A stretch of 50,025 nt of DNA from an uncultured virus (IMG/VR IMGVR_UViG_3300031565_000002) (taxonomy: Duplodnaviria; Heunggongvirae; Uroviricota; Caudoviricetes), in IMG/VR virus record IMGVR_UViG_3300031565_000002. The stretch is one strand, 5' to 3'. This document shows positions 1 through 10,063 of this stretch, one piece after another. Each line of letters begins with the position of its first letter. Within the stretch, counting starts at the first letter, position 1. Below the pieces are notes generated by a model. It made no database searches, was not told the origin of the DNA, and saw only the letters and a program-made list of their open reading frames with translations. A program made the translations under genes and the position numbers.

Positions 1-1
1 C

Positions 2-520
2 ACTACATCCCATTATAAAATCTTTCTTACTTATAGTTGATAACCCTTTCTCCTGCTTATTCCATTGCTCCTTATAGCCAAGCATTATAACTTCATAAGG
101 AAGATAAACGTATGGAGCACTAGCGCTCTTCCACGACCCCCATGCCGTATACTTAATTCTATGGTTATCAGTCCAAAATGCTGTCCCTGCACTTTTTATC
201 TTAACAGTATCGAACATACGATAAAATTCAGCAAAAGGACTTACTCTATTTTTATTATCTTCAATCCCCATATCTATTAAAACATTCAAACAAATCCTAC
301 CATCAGGTTTCATAACACGGCGAAGTTCATGCAACCACTCGGTACACCATTTTACGTACTGATCCCAATCCTTATTGTCATCATAAGAATCATATTTAAT
401 ACCACAATTATAGGGAGGACTTGTAATAATTAAATCAACACTATCATCAGGAATCTCTTTTAATCTTTCTATACAATCTCCCTGAACTACCTGATCTAAA
501 AACTTTTCTTTCCAATCCAA
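2..520 (-). CDS. Site-specific DNA methyltransferase (beta class, N4C/N6A), 3' end runs off the window
   Basis: Not in the ORF track; read manually from TTG at 520: ...VVQGDCIERLKEIPDDSVDLIITSPPYN...LRRVMKPDGRICLN...TAWGSWKSASAPY; open to the window edge. Confidence 0.9.
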   Translation of the reverse strand, partial: MDWKEKFLDQVVQGDCIERLKEIPDDSVDLIITSPPYNCGIKYDSYDDNKDWDQYVKWCTEWLHELRRVMKPDGRICLNVLIDMGIEDNKNRVSPFAEFYRMFDTVKIKSAGTAFWTDNHRIKYTAWGSWKSASAPYVYLPYEVIMLGYKEQWNKQEKGLSTISKKDFIMGCS

Positions 521-531
521 TGTATGCCGCC

Positions 532-3228
532 TTACTCTAAATCAAAAAATGTCTTCTGTTCCATTGATTTCTCATTCTTCCTACTACGAATAACTACCAT
601 ACTATAACCACCATCAGCATCTTCGTCCAATCCAGCATCTAAACGACATCTTGCTATCTCACAATACTCTTCTTCTTTATCAATACCTATAAAATTAAAT
701 CCATCCTGTTTTGCTGCAATTAAAATGCTACCAGAACCAGCGAAAGGGTCAATTACAGTACCACCTTTTGGTGTAATTAAACTGACAAGATACCGACAAA
801 GTTTAAGCGGCTTCACGGTAGGATGCGTATTACCCTTAACAGTATTATGGACTCTTTCGGGTTCTTCACATTTACATGCTGACGGCCTTGTTTGATTCTG
901 CAAGATATACCCACCACATTTCCCACATTTATCAAACCTATTATGACCTATCATCTTCTCCGGTAAATCACCACACCCCTTATTCTTCTCAGACTTGCTT
1001 GCCTTAGCGCAATAAAAAAACCTTGAAGCACCACCTGAGTCACCATGAGTTATCTGAACATCTCCAGCACCACCCAATCCACCATGCTCTAAAAACATCC
1101 CTTCTTTTGTCCTCGTGCAATTAATCCCACTCCTTAAAAATCCAGACTGATCATTTAATATTTTAATAGGACAATCAGGATGACAATTCCAATCTTCTAC
1201 AATCTCATTCCCATCAGCATTAGCATGTCCCTTCCAAGGTTCATTATCTTTTATAGAAGATGCTTGTGTATAACTAATTACATCCTGATGCTCTTTTTGG
1301 TATTCATGACAATGAACACCCCCAGGCCCATTAGGATAACCCTTATGACCTTTAACCTCTTTAAATCCTATATGTTTACAGTCTTGATGGTGCTGTAAAA
1401 GAATATTTGTAGGCCATCTTCCTTCCGGACGAACTCCGGTAACCTCATTATTCTCATTCTTAAATCCACTTCCTTCATCCCATGTTGCTGTTTCCCTTTT
1501 CCCACGTTCAGTCTTTCGCAACATATCATCGACATTAGGATTAACTGGTATCCTACACTCGTCTATATTAATTCCACCGGTACCTAATGCTAAAATATTC
1601 TCAACAATATTCTTGCCTTCTAACGGTTTTCTTGCAAGACAAATAGGTTCATGGGCTGGCTTTAACTGAGTACCCCACCCATCCCAAATTTTTGCTTCTT
1701 CGCTTGCCGGTGCTGTCTCCTGAAATATATTACCGTGCTCATTATAATTATTTGGACGAAAACCCTGTTCTTTATTCACCTTATTAACATTTGCCATACC
1801 ACCTGATTTTGTTACCGTCTCGCTTATTACTTCTCTTTCCTTACCAAATTTCTTATCAATAGCCTTGCTTATATTCATAGACTTTGGGAAGCCAGAATTA
1901 CCAGTTATAAATATCTTGCCATTTCTCCTTGCTATAAAATTCCCGCTATCTGTATTTATACACCATACAATTCCACTATAATCAACTATTCTATCTTTAT
2001 GATGTTTACCCTGTATCTGTGTGCTATCGTTATAATGAATAGAGCATGACCACTTTTCATCATTTATCCAACCCTGTTTACCAGATAAATGTATCAATAC
2101 CTGGAACCATTCTAAAAACTTCATATTGTTCTGATAAAAAGCAATAAACCTACCCTTATCATTGCTACTACCATCCCCTCTACACAAACCTGTTATTAAC
2201 CTATCTTTTTCTTTTAAGCGTAAATGCCATAACATTCTTGTTGGTTTTTTATTGGGTATTATTTTCTTTATTTTATTGGCATCTTCACCACTAATATAAA
2301 ATTGATGCTCTACATACTTTCTCCCTTTATATGTTCTGTTCCTCTTATATTCATTATATCCAATCCCAGATCTTCCCAACACATATTTTATTCTGGACAC
2401 ATTTTTAGCATTAACACTCGATTGATAAATATTTACGGCATTACAATCTTTCTGATAATTACCTTCAGAAAGTACCCATCCTATTACCTCTGCAAAATCA
2501 CACCCTATAGAATAATCACCATCATAACAACTGGCGACTGGAAATGTATACCAAGTGCTATCGATCATAGAAGCATCTCTGTAATTATACCTTGCATCAG
2601 TATACCATTCTCTTTTTTTATTTCTTTGGTGCCTTTTTCCCTGTTTACATATCACCTTATGATTCAAAGTTAATAGTTGATCAGTATTATGATTTTTAAT
2701 AGAAATCATCTTACCATCATGCCTATACTTATAAACATGATTAACCCCACTAGTCCCCAACTTATTTTTATCAAGATTCATCGAAAAAACAATATCATTT
2801 TTTTTTATATTTTTATGATTTCTCCATCCATTTACGGTTAATATTTCAGTATCTTCAGACAAACACCCATAAATCCACTGCAATTGATCCCGAATTTCAA
2901 ACCCAGCCAGCCGTAAAGCAATTACCGATAAATCATATGTACGTGTTCCACTAAATACCAATATGTGAGCCCCAGGTTTTAATATCCTGAATAATTCTTC
3001 CCAATATTTTGGGCCGGGGACAAAAGAGTCCCACGACCTACCCATAAAACCAGCGCTCCCATGCTCATATTTTTCGCCACTTAGCCAATTAGTTAAAACA
3101 TCTCTTATATTTGGCTCTTGAGAAAGTCCATATGGCGGATCGGTCACGCAAGAATCAATGCTATTATCAGGTATCTTTTTCATTGCTTCGATGCAATCAT
3201 CACATATCACAGTATTAAGTTCTTCCAA
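532..3228 (-). CDS. DNA methyltransferase (beta class) containing an intein
   Basis: N-terminal DPPY motif IV; C-terminal HPTVKP and DPFAGSGS motif I; conserved YG|SGFPKS interrupted by an intein. Confidence 0.93.
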   Translation of the reverse strand: MEELNTVICDDCIEAMKKIPDNSIDSCVTDPPYGLSQEPNIRDVLTNWLSGEKYEHGSAGFMGRSWDSFVPGPKYWEELFRILKPGAHILVFSGTRTYDLSVIALRLAGFEIRDQLQWIYGCLSEDTEILTVNGWRNHKNIKKNDIVFSMNLDKNKLGTSGVNHVYKYRHDGKMISIKNHNTDQLLTLNHKVICKQGKRHQRNKKREWYTDARYNYRDASMIDSTWYTFPVASCYDGDYSIGCDFAEVIGWVLSEGNYQKDCNAVNIYQSSVNAKNVSRIKYVLGRSGIGYNEYKRNRTYKGRKYVEHQFYISGEDANKIKKIIPNKKPTRMLWHLRLKEKDRLITGLCRGDGSSNDKGRFIAFYQNNMKFLEWFQVLIHLSGKQGWINDEKWSCSIHYNDSTQIQGKHHKDRIVDYSGIVWCINTDSGNFIARRNGKIFITGNSGFPKSMNISKAIDKKFGKEREVISETVTKSGGMANVNKVNKEQGFRPNNYNEHGNIFQETAPASEEAKIWDGWGTQLKPAHEPICLARKPLEGKNIVENILALGTGGINIDECRIPVNPNVDDMLRKTERGKRETATWDEGSGFKNENNEVTGVRPEGRWPTNILLQHHQDCKHIGFKEVKGHKGYPNGPGGVHCHEYQKEHQDVISYTQASSIKDNEPWKGHANADGNEIVEDWNCHPDCPIKILNDQSGFLRSGINCTRTKEGMFLEHGGLGGAGDVQITHGDSGGASRFFYCAKASKSEKNKGCGDLPEKMIGHNRFDKCGKCGGYILQNQTRPSACKCEEPERVHNTVKGNTHPTVKPLKLCRYLVSLITPKGGTVIDPFAGSGSILIAAKQDGFNFIGIDKEEEYCEIARCRLDAGLDEDADGGYSMVVIRSRKNEKSMEQKTFFDLE
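1897..2865 (-). mobile_element. Intein with LAGLIDADG homing endonuclease (323 aa) in the methyltransferase
   Basis: Starts CLSEDTEILT, block B LLTLNHKV, LAGLIDADG-like blocks IGWVLSEG and ITGLCRGDGS, ends IFITGN followed by +1 Ser. Confidence 0.92.
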
Positions 3229-3230
3229 AA

Positions 3231-4052
3231 TTACTCCATTTCAAATAACGGTTGACTCATCCCATCTTTCAACAAGCAGCCAGTAAATCCCTGATCATTT
3301 ACGTTGCCTAATCGATCCCTGGATATATTACAAAACTCATCTGAAATATCTATGCCTATAAAATTCCTTTTCAACATTTTAGCTACTACGGCAGTAGTCC
3401 CACTACCAACAAATGGATCAAGCACCACATCGCCTTCATTACTTGAGAACCTAATAATACGGTCCGCTAATCTTAACGGCATTTGAGTGGGGTGTACTTT
3501 GGTCTTTGACCCCTTTTTTAATATCGCCTCTTTAGAAGCCATACAGCCACCAGAAATAAAAGGGATATCATTCCATTGATCTATCATTAAATTGCCCTTA
3601 TTGACCCGACTCCACGGCATAGCGGCACGACTAATATGATTCTCTGCCTTATGATTAAATGTATAATTTTTACTTTTTACATAATAAACAATAGGCTGAT
3701 AATTAATACAAAACCTATTCTTCACCGGCATAGAAGAATTTTTCCATACTATCGTATTCCTAAAAATCATTCCTAAATCATTAAGTATCTTTTGAAACAT
3801 CCATATATTTTCCTGAATATTCATTATGTAAATACTACCGGTATCCTTCAAAACGATATGGCAATAATTTATCCATTCTGTAATCCAAAGCATATAATCT
3901 TCAATTGATAAATTGTCATTAACATTTTCCCCATAATCTATACCAATGTTAAATGGGGGATCAGCAAAAATTAAATCAACTGAATTAGGTGGAATTTTAC
4001 TTAAAACATCAAGGCAATCACCACAAATTATCTTATTTTTAAACTCTTCCAT
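3231..4052 (-). CDS. DNA methyltransferase (beta class, DPPF)
   Basis: GDCLDVL...FADPPFN, HPTQMP, VLDPFVGSGTT. Confidence 0.93.
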   Translation of the reverse strand: MEEFKNKIICGDCLDVLSKIPPNSVDLIFADPPFNIGIDYGENVNDNLSIEDYMLWITEWINYCHIVLKDTGSIYIMNIQENIWMFQKILNDLGMIFRNTIVWKNSSMPVKNRFCINYQPIVYYVKSKNYTFNHKAENHISRAAMPWSRVNKGNLMIDQWNDIPFISGGCMASKEAILKKGSKTKVHPTQMPLRLADRIIRFSSNEGDVVLDPFVGSGTTAVVAKMLKRNFIGIDISDEFCNISRDRLGNVNDQGFTGCLLKDGMSQPLFEME

Positions 4053-4991
4053 TTACGTAAATAACCTCTGTCTAATTGCTATAATATTATCACTACCATC
4101 ACAATCATCGTCAAATTTACTCTGCAATATTTCCATTGCATTAATCTTATAATCAGGTTTATCTTCTTCTTCACATAATTTGAGTAAAGTTGTCTTATTT
4201 ATATTACACGACCAACTTGAACCTGCATTTATTGATGCTGCACGATCTATAGCCTCACCATTTGTTAAACAAATAGCAATAATTTCATCGTCATCATTTG
4301 TAATAATGTAAAATGGAGTATTAAACGATATGTTATTTTTTAGAGCATTAACAAAAAAATCAAATTTACTATTTAAATAATCTATCCGCGTTCTCTGGGC
4401 TGAAACATTTGCAACCATTTCATCATAATCGTCCTCATGGTTACATCTAGTATTTTCTAACTCTTCTTCCAACTGGCGACACTGATCTTTCCAATAATCT
4501 ACCGAATCCTCATTTTCTTTGCCAACACCATCTACGGTGCTCATGTCACCATAAATATTTTCTAAATCCTTTAAGTAACTCAATAACCTTTCAATAAAAT
4601 CCTTATCACTTAAACCATTGCTTAGGTAAATCAAATCAAGGTTCATATGATAAGGAAACTGCAAAGAACGTATTAACAGTGCCCTTTTATCATATGCATC
4701 TTCAATAGTTTTTTTATCACCCTGACAATCATCACACTCAGATTCATAATTAGGACATTCATGACATTCTAAACCACCTGGTTCTATACAATCGCAAACA
4801 TCACAAGCACCTGATGAATCTTTTATAATTTTTAGGAAAGTGTCTATAAAATTTTCACTATCAACATCAGGGGTATAGCATTGGATAAAACTTAATGCCT
4901 CAAAAAACAAATCCTCATTATAAACATAATCACTAACACGATCTGCCAATTCTTCAATCGCTATTGTCCCATTTTCAACTTCCTTCTCCAT
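4053..4991 (-). CDS. Acidic hypothetical protein with Cys cluster and coiled coil
   Basis: 312 aa ORF abutting neighbours; CDVCDC..CHEC..CDDC. Confidence 0.75.
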   Translation of the reverse strand: MEKEVENGTIAIEELADRVSDYVYNEDLFFEALSFIQCYTPDVDSENFIDTFLKIIKDSSGACDVCDCIEPGGLECHECPNYESECDDCQGDKKTIEDAYDKRALLIRSLQFPYHMNLDLIYLSNGLSDKDFIERLLSYLKDLENIYGDMSTVDGVGKENEDSVDYWKDQCRQLEEELENTRCNHEDDYDEMVANVSAQRTRIDYLNSKFDFFVNALKNNISFNTPFYIITNDDDEIIAICLTNGEAIDRAASINAGSSWSCNINKTTLLKLCEEEDKPDYKINAMEILQSKFDDDCDGSDNIIAIRQRLFT

Positions 4992-6321
4992 CTTGATCTT
5001 CCTCCCACGTTAAATCGAATACTGGTTGGGATTCATCCTTAACTCTGGTCTTTCTTTTTGTGCTCTTCACATCATTATTAGGATTATACCACTCATTTCT
5101 TAATCTATCGTCTGCCATTTCAGCATATTTATCACTCAACTCTATTCCAACATAATCCCTCTTATAAGACCTTGCTACAAGCCCCGTAGTCCCACTGCCC
5201 ATAAATATATCCATAACAACGCATGGAACTATTTCATCGGTTTCACAATCGCAGGTCTGCTCCCAGTGGCTCATTTCATAAAGGTTCTGCATCGACCCCT
5301 GCTTACTATAGGGACTGCCAGACAAATTACCCTTACCCCACCTTCTCTGAAACTCTCCCACCTTCTTTAGAATTCGCTTATAAGGTGCTCCACAGGCTGC
5401 ACAACACCCCTTCTCACTAGACCCTGCCTTGATACATGGTTCTATTAATTCTGGTGGAAACACGGCAAAATGAGCATCCTTAAACTGTGCTGGCTTATAA
5501 AACCAAACATCTCGCTTATTCTTGCCTATCGGATGGTTGAGTGAGGTACCATCTGCCTTCGTAGTGCCACTGTGACCAACAAAACCTGTCCCACTCCCAC
5601 CTATTTCAGGATTTTCCCCATTATGTTTTATTTTATCCCGATATTTCTCAGCCTGTCTCTCCATGCCAGATGGTCTATTCTCAACCCATGTACACGGTTC
5701 TCGTATAGCGTCAATATCGTAAAAATAAGAAGGCTGTTTCGTCAATAAAAAAATGTACTCTTTTGATTTTGTGCACCTTGTTTTAGTGCTCTCCGGAAGA
5801 AAAACTGGTTTAGCCCACACTATGTCATTTCTGACATACCACCCGCTATCCTGTAACGCTATAGCAACCCTATGTGGAACAAAACATAAGTCCTGTTCTT
5901 TAAGGGGTATTTCAGAATCTCTCATCCATTTTTTAGCAAAAGAATCTCCAATATTAAGCCATACAGTTCCATCATCTCGAAGAACTCTTTTTACTTCATC
6001 AAAAATTTGAACCATATGCCTAATGTAGTCAGTCAATGTCGGCTCATTGCCAAAATTGCCTCTCCATGCTCCGCACCCAACACACCACTGATTACAAACT
6101 TTCAACTCGTGTGGCATATCTTTCCAATCATGCTTATCTGGCGAAACAGCATCCCATATTAAAGGATCAGTACCATAAGAACGAAGGTTATAATAAGGCG
6201 GAGATGTAACTAAACAATGGACACTTTTTTCAGGTAATGCCCGCAAAACTTCCCTGCAATCCCCCGTTATAATCTCATTTTTCCAGGGATTACCACTCTT
6301 TAACTCATCCAGTGTAATCAT
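4975..6321 (-). CDS. DNA methyltransferase (beta class, SPPY, probably N4C)
   Basis: VTSPPYY, HFAVFP, MDIFMGSGTT; CxxC inserts. Confidence 0.92.
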   Translation of the reverse strand: MITLDELKSGNPWKNEIITGDCREVLRALPEKSVHCLVTSPPYYNLRSYGTDPLIWDAVSPDKHDWKDMPHELKVCNQWCVGCGAWRGNFGNEPTLTDYIRHMVQIFDEVKRVLRDDGTVWLNIGDSFAKKWMRDSEIPLKEQDLCFVPHRVAIALQDSGWYVRNDIVWAKPVFLPESTKTRCTKSKEYIFLLTKQPSYFYDIDAIREPCTWVENRPSGMERQAEKYRDKIKHNGENPEIGGSGTGFVGHSGTTKADGTSLNHPIGKNKRDVWFYKPAQFKDAHFAVFPPELIEPCIKAGSSEKGCCAACGAPYKRILKKVGEFQRRWGKGNLSGSPYSKQGSMQNLYEMSHWEQTCDCETDEIVPCVVMDIFMGSGTTGLVARSYKRDYVGIELSDKYAEMADDRLRNEWYNPNNDVKSTKRKTRVKDESQPVFDLTWEEDQDGEGS

Positions 6322-7551
6322 TTATTTCTCTGTCGTCATCTGCACGAACTTTAGCTCGTCATCTTTAAATGTCTCATTAACCGATTCAATAATATCATCA
6401 TTAGTTACACTGTTAATTTTTTCTTCTCTCTCTTCATAGCTTATTAACTGACAACCAAACTTGAAATAATTATCAAAAATCAAATGAGAATAACCACCAC
6501 TCTTCTCAAATTCATCAGCCAGATCGAAAAGCATGGTCTTTTTAGAAACCCGCAACAACTCTTCACTAAAACCCTGCTGCTTAGTTTTCTGTAATATCGT
6601 AGAAATCTCACCCTTTGCCTGCTCAATATTTCCTTCATCAAGCAAACAATAAACAAGAGAGTCGCCGGTATCTTTAAAAGATTGCGCCAATACCCCAACA
6701 CTGTAGCATAAACCCAACTCTTCCCTTATCCTATCAAATAATAAGGAATGCATTCCACCACCAAGGCCTACACTCATAACGGCTGACCTGTAGTTTGCAT
6801 CATGTTTCTCTATCGCACTCACACTCTTCGCCAAAAAACCAATTATTGCCTGTTTAGCCTTATGGTTAAAAGAGAAATCATCAAAATTTGCAGGAGCATA
6901 TTCTATTGTTGAATTATCAAGTTTCGCATAAGATTGAGACGGAGCATTTGACAATAATCCACTAAATACTTTTACTACTTCTTCTTCGCTAATATCACCA
7001 GCAACGGTAAATACGACATTATCAACATTATAATATCTTTTCCGGAAACTCTTTAAATCATCAATGGTCATATTCTGAATAGTATTCCTATTCCCAACAA
7101 TTTTATGCCCTCTCTGAGATCCCCAAAAACTTTCGCTCGACATATTCCAAAAATACGTAAACGGATCATCTAGTCTCGATTGATACTCCTCCAGGATAAC
7201 ACCTTTTTCAATTTCAAACTCTTCTTCTATAAACGCCGGTTCAAAAAACATTTCCATCAATATCTCAGCAGATCGACCAAAATCAGATGCTAAAGAGTTA
7301 ATGAAAAATGCTGTGGTCTCTTTACTGGTATAAGCATTGGCTTGACCAAGTTCTGCCGTTATCATGTTTATCTCTTTATAGGTATGTTTATTTGTACCTT
7401 TGAAAAACATGTGCTCAAGATAATGTGCAACCCCATATTCATTTTTTTCTTCATTAGTAGAACCAGCATTAACAACAATTCTTGTGCTGATAATATTCGT
7501 GGGGATCCTTTTATGTAAAACGGTGAATCCATTAACGTTTAATACGCCCAT
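6322..7551 (-). CDS. M16 family zinc peptidase (insulinase/pitrilysin-like)
   Basis: GVAHYLEHMFFKGT (HxxEH), NAYTS, LFDRIREELGLCYSV. Confidence 0.93.
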   Translation of the reverse strand: MGVLNVNGFTVLHKRIPTNIISTRIVVNAGSTNEEKNEYGVAHYLEHMFFKGTNKHTYKEINMITAELGQANAYTSKETTAFFINSLASDFGRSAEILMEMFFEPAFIEEEFEIEKGVILEEYQSRLDDPFTYFWNMSSESFWGSQRGHKIVGNRNTIQNMTIDDLKSFRKRYYNVDNVVFTVAGDISEEEVVKVFSGLLSNAPSQSYAKLDNSTIEYAPANFDDFSFNHKAKQAIIGFLAKSVSAIEKHDANYRSAVMSVGLGGGMHSLLFDRIREELGLCYSVGVLAQSFKDTGDSLVYCLLDEGNIEQAKGEISTILQKTKQQGFSEELLRVSKKTMLFDLADEFEKSGGYSHLIFDNYFKFGCQLISYEEREEKINSVTNDDIIESVNETFKDDELKFVQMTTEK

Positions 7552-7565
7552 CTGTCCCTCCTATT

Positions 7566-7880
7566 TTAATCTTCGATTATTTTTAACATTTTTAGTCTAT
7601 CGATGTTACCATACCCTTGATGTACTTTATTTTCTGTTGCCTTTTTATCAGTTTCACCACCATTAACCTTATATCCCATTGAAACCGGCTCATCAAACAT
7701 ACCATTTTCAATTAACCTAATAACTAAAGGATCAACTAACTCAATATCTACATAATCACCGCAAGAGTTAACTATCTTACCAACAGGTCTATTATCATGG
7801 GAAACATTAAGACCTAAAAAATCTAATGTCTGTTGCCCAGATTCATTCACCAAAAAATCTGATTTTACTCTTATTATCAT
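7566..7880 (-). CDS. Small protein resembling a minimal HK97/herpes-type prohead protease core
   Basis: SHDNRPVG and IENG...VSMGYKV resemble the His and Ser motifs of phage prohead proteases; only 104 aa. Confidence 0.5.
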   Translation of the reverse strand: MIIRVKSDFLVNESGQQTLDFLGLNVSHDNRPVGKIVNSCGDYVDIELVDPLVIRLIENGMFDEPVSMGYKVNGGETDKKATENKVHQGYGNIDRLKMLKIIED

Positions 7881-7912
7881 TTTTGCCCATTATAATAGAT
7901 GTAACCGACTAT

Positions 7913-7943
7913 TATAATATAAAGCCTATTATAAAAAAAGTAA
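7913..7943 (-). promoter_or_regulatory. Putative promoter (recurring motif)
   Basis: Minus strand TTACTT-N16-TATATTATA in an intergenic gap. Confidence 0.55.
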
Positions 7944-7982
7944 CAAAAAAAGATGAATTAAATGAAGGCGTACTACGAAGAA

Positions 7983-8378
7983 TTAAAAGAAGATATTAAG
8001 AAATGCACTTATGCCAGCCCCAACGAGACAAGCAAAAAATATCCACAATAACAAAATCGTCCAATTATTAAATCTACAATGTCTATGTAAAAAAATATAT
8101 ATACCAACCAAAATTTTCATTACATTACTATCTAACCCATTTTCTACCGTATCAGCATTTCTTAGACCACTTAACCCCCTAACTGCCAATCTCTCAACAG
8201 CCAAAGAGCCCCCAGTCTCCTCTAACTCATGCTCAAGAAACTTTTCTTTCTCCTGGCTCTCCTCAAGTTGTTTTTTTAGAGAAGAATTCTCAATCTTAAG
8301 ATTGTCTAACTCAATATCCTTAAGATCAACTTCAACACCGACTTTTTGTAGCCTTTTTCTAATTTCACTTGATGACAT
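7983..8378 (-). CDS. Coiled-coil membrane protein
   Basis: N-terminal coiled coil and C-terminal hydrophobic helices; N-terminal IRKRLQKVG tag. Confidence 0.75.
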   Translation of the reverse strand: MSSSEIRKRLQKVGVEVDLKDIELDNLKIENSSLKKQLEESQEKEKFLEHELEETGGSLAVERLAVRGLSGLRNADTVENGLDSNVMKILVGIYIFLHRHCRFNNWTILLLWIFFACLVGAGISAFLNIFF

Positions 8379-8418
8379 TTATATAATCAACCATAACAAT
8401 GTTAGTATTTACTTTACC

Positions 8419-8742
8419 TCACTGTCTACCAAATCTTACCATAGCATCAGCCGCCTGCTGCGCAGTAAAACTTGTCACAGCAAATGCCTTTGTTAAATTC
8501 TTCATCGCATCAATAGCCTGAACAACATCAAAAGCACCTTCCATCAGGATAAGTTTATCAATATTTCTGCGACTATAGTAAAGATCATGAAGGGCTGACA
8601 TTTCACTGCCAATCTGCTCATATTGCACTACCCCCCTAAATAAATAATCAATATAACCATCAATATATACAATTAAGTCTGCATCACTACAGACAGCACC
8701 ATCACTAGAAAATAAAACCTCACTAATCCTATCTTTTTGCAC
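8419..8742 (-). CDS. Hypothetical protein
   Basis: In the co-directional gene run. Confidence 0.65.
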   Translation of the reverse strand: MQKDRISEVLFSSDGAVCSDADLIVYIDGYIDYLFRGVVQYEQIGSEMSALHDLYYSRRNIDKLILMEGAFDVVQAIDAMKNLTKAFAVTSFTAQQAADAMVRFGRQ

Positions 8743-9088
8743 TAAAAAATCCCCGTATCCCTGAATCTCTTTTCCATCTCTTTAATTGACCGTATATATC
8801 TAAATCTCTCTCTATATCCTTATAATCAACCCCATAAGTCTCTGCTAAATAAATCTTCATTATAAAATCTACGTTTAGTTTCATAATCTCTTCATCTGTA
8901 TATGTATCTTTCAAGACTTGATAAACATTATATGGTATATGTTGAGCATTCGAGAAATCTCTCAACCGTTCATAAGTAGTAAATCTCCTAGTGCACTTTT
9001 TACATTCATACCTTCTCCGTATAATAAAATCGCCAGGTTTCCTTGAATCTACAACTATACACTTAGTGTTACAAATAGGACAAAGCAT
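8729..9088 (-). CDS. NrdR-like zinc-ribbon protein lacking the ATP-cone
   Basis: MLCPIC...VVDSR...[19 protein letters not shown] matches the NrdR N-terminus; the remainder is not ATP-cone-like. Confidence 0.8.
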   Translation of the reverse strand: MLCPICNTKCIVVDSRKPGDFIIRRRYECKKCTRRFTTYERLRDFSNAQHIPYNVYQVLKDTYTDEEIMKLNVDFIMKIYLAETYGVDYKDIERDLDIYGQLKRWKRDSGIRGFFSAKR

Positions 9089-9104
9089 TTTACCATCCGA
9101 TTTA

Positions 9105-9647
9105 TTACAACATCCCTAAATTAGCCGCACGCCATATTACCGTATCAACCACACTTAACCTATCCCCAGTAACGGTTGATAAACGAACGCACATTTCATA
9201 AGGCGTAAAACCAAAAGTCCTCGCTATCCTAACGAGATGACGATCCGGCTTTACATAATCATACCCTAAATTTTTAGCAAGATGAAACTTTGTAATCTTG
9301 CCAATCCAAGGCAGTTTCTCCAGGAAAGATAACTTATCCCCTGCCTTTTTAAAATCATCAAATAATCTACATTGATTAAGCCATACATGCTTAATTGCTT
9401 TCACTTTACCTTTATGATTAAAAACTTCAGATATATCTCTTCCATCAATAAGTGCACCTTTTATTTTGTCCCATATTTTTCTTGCTACCTGGTTCTTCAT
9501 ACCAGAATTAATAACAACCCACCCATACTCTGCAAAAAATGCCGTTGCTTTTTCGCAAGGCTTTAAATCTTCAGCCCAATCTATCTCTTCGGCATACCCA
9601 ACTTCAATTAACTTACTTTTTATATCAAGGTATTGCTCGGGTGACAT
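9105..9647 (-). CDS. HhH-GPD superfamily DNA glycosylase-like protein
   Basis: [20 protein letters not shown] (HhH) followed by [10 protein letters not shown]. Confidence 0.65.
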   Translation of the reverse strand: MSPEQYLDIKSKLIEVGYAEEIDWAEDLKPCEKATAFFAEYGWVVINSGMKNQVARKIWDKIKGALIDGRDISEVFNHKGKVKAIKHVWLNQCRLFDDFKKAGDKLSFLEKLPWIGKITKFHLAKNLGYDYVKPDRHLVRIARTFGFTPYEMCVRLSTVTGDRLSVVDTVIWRAANLGML

Positions 9648-10063
9648 TATCTAAAATTCATCCCTCTAATTTGTGTCAGATTCAATCTTCTTTTTACAAC
9701 ATCAACCTTTTCGGAAGTCATCGGTTTAAATCCACCAATAGCCATCTTCCTTAAATTGTCAATCTCTTTTTGAGAGTAAACAGATCCTTCTTTTCTGACA
9801 TACTTTTTAAAAATTCCAGCAGGATCATATGGTGAAACATTTTTATTTTTAATTATATGAATCTTCGATTTTAAATCCTTAACATCCCTTTCTAACCTAT
9901 TGTTCCTAACCCTTAACGATTCTCTATCTTTCTTTACTTCTTTCAGTTCAGCCAACAACTCTTTGACCTTTTTGGTCAATGCTGCATGCTCATCTTTTAA
10001 CATGTCATCATTAACTTCAAGAGCACCCAACCTTTTTTGAGCATTACTATACTTCTTGCCCAT
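9647..10063 (-). CDS. Coiled-coil hypothetical protein with N-terminal tag
   Basis: AQKRLGALEV followed by a heptad-rich segment. Confidence 0.75.
   Translation of the reverse strand: MGKKYSNAQKRLGALEVNDDMLKDEHAALTKKVKELLAELKEVKKDRESLRVRNNRLERDVKDLKSKIHIIKNKNVSPYDPAGIFKKYVRKEGSVYSQKEIDNLRKMAIGGFKPMTSEKVDVVKRRLNLTQIRGMNFR

Noticed and set aside
540..5130. ARCRLDAG, SRDRLGNV and ADDRLRNE near the methyltransferase C-termini as tag copies
   Set aside because: A..RL is the normal last helix of beta-class MTases, so these were not counted.
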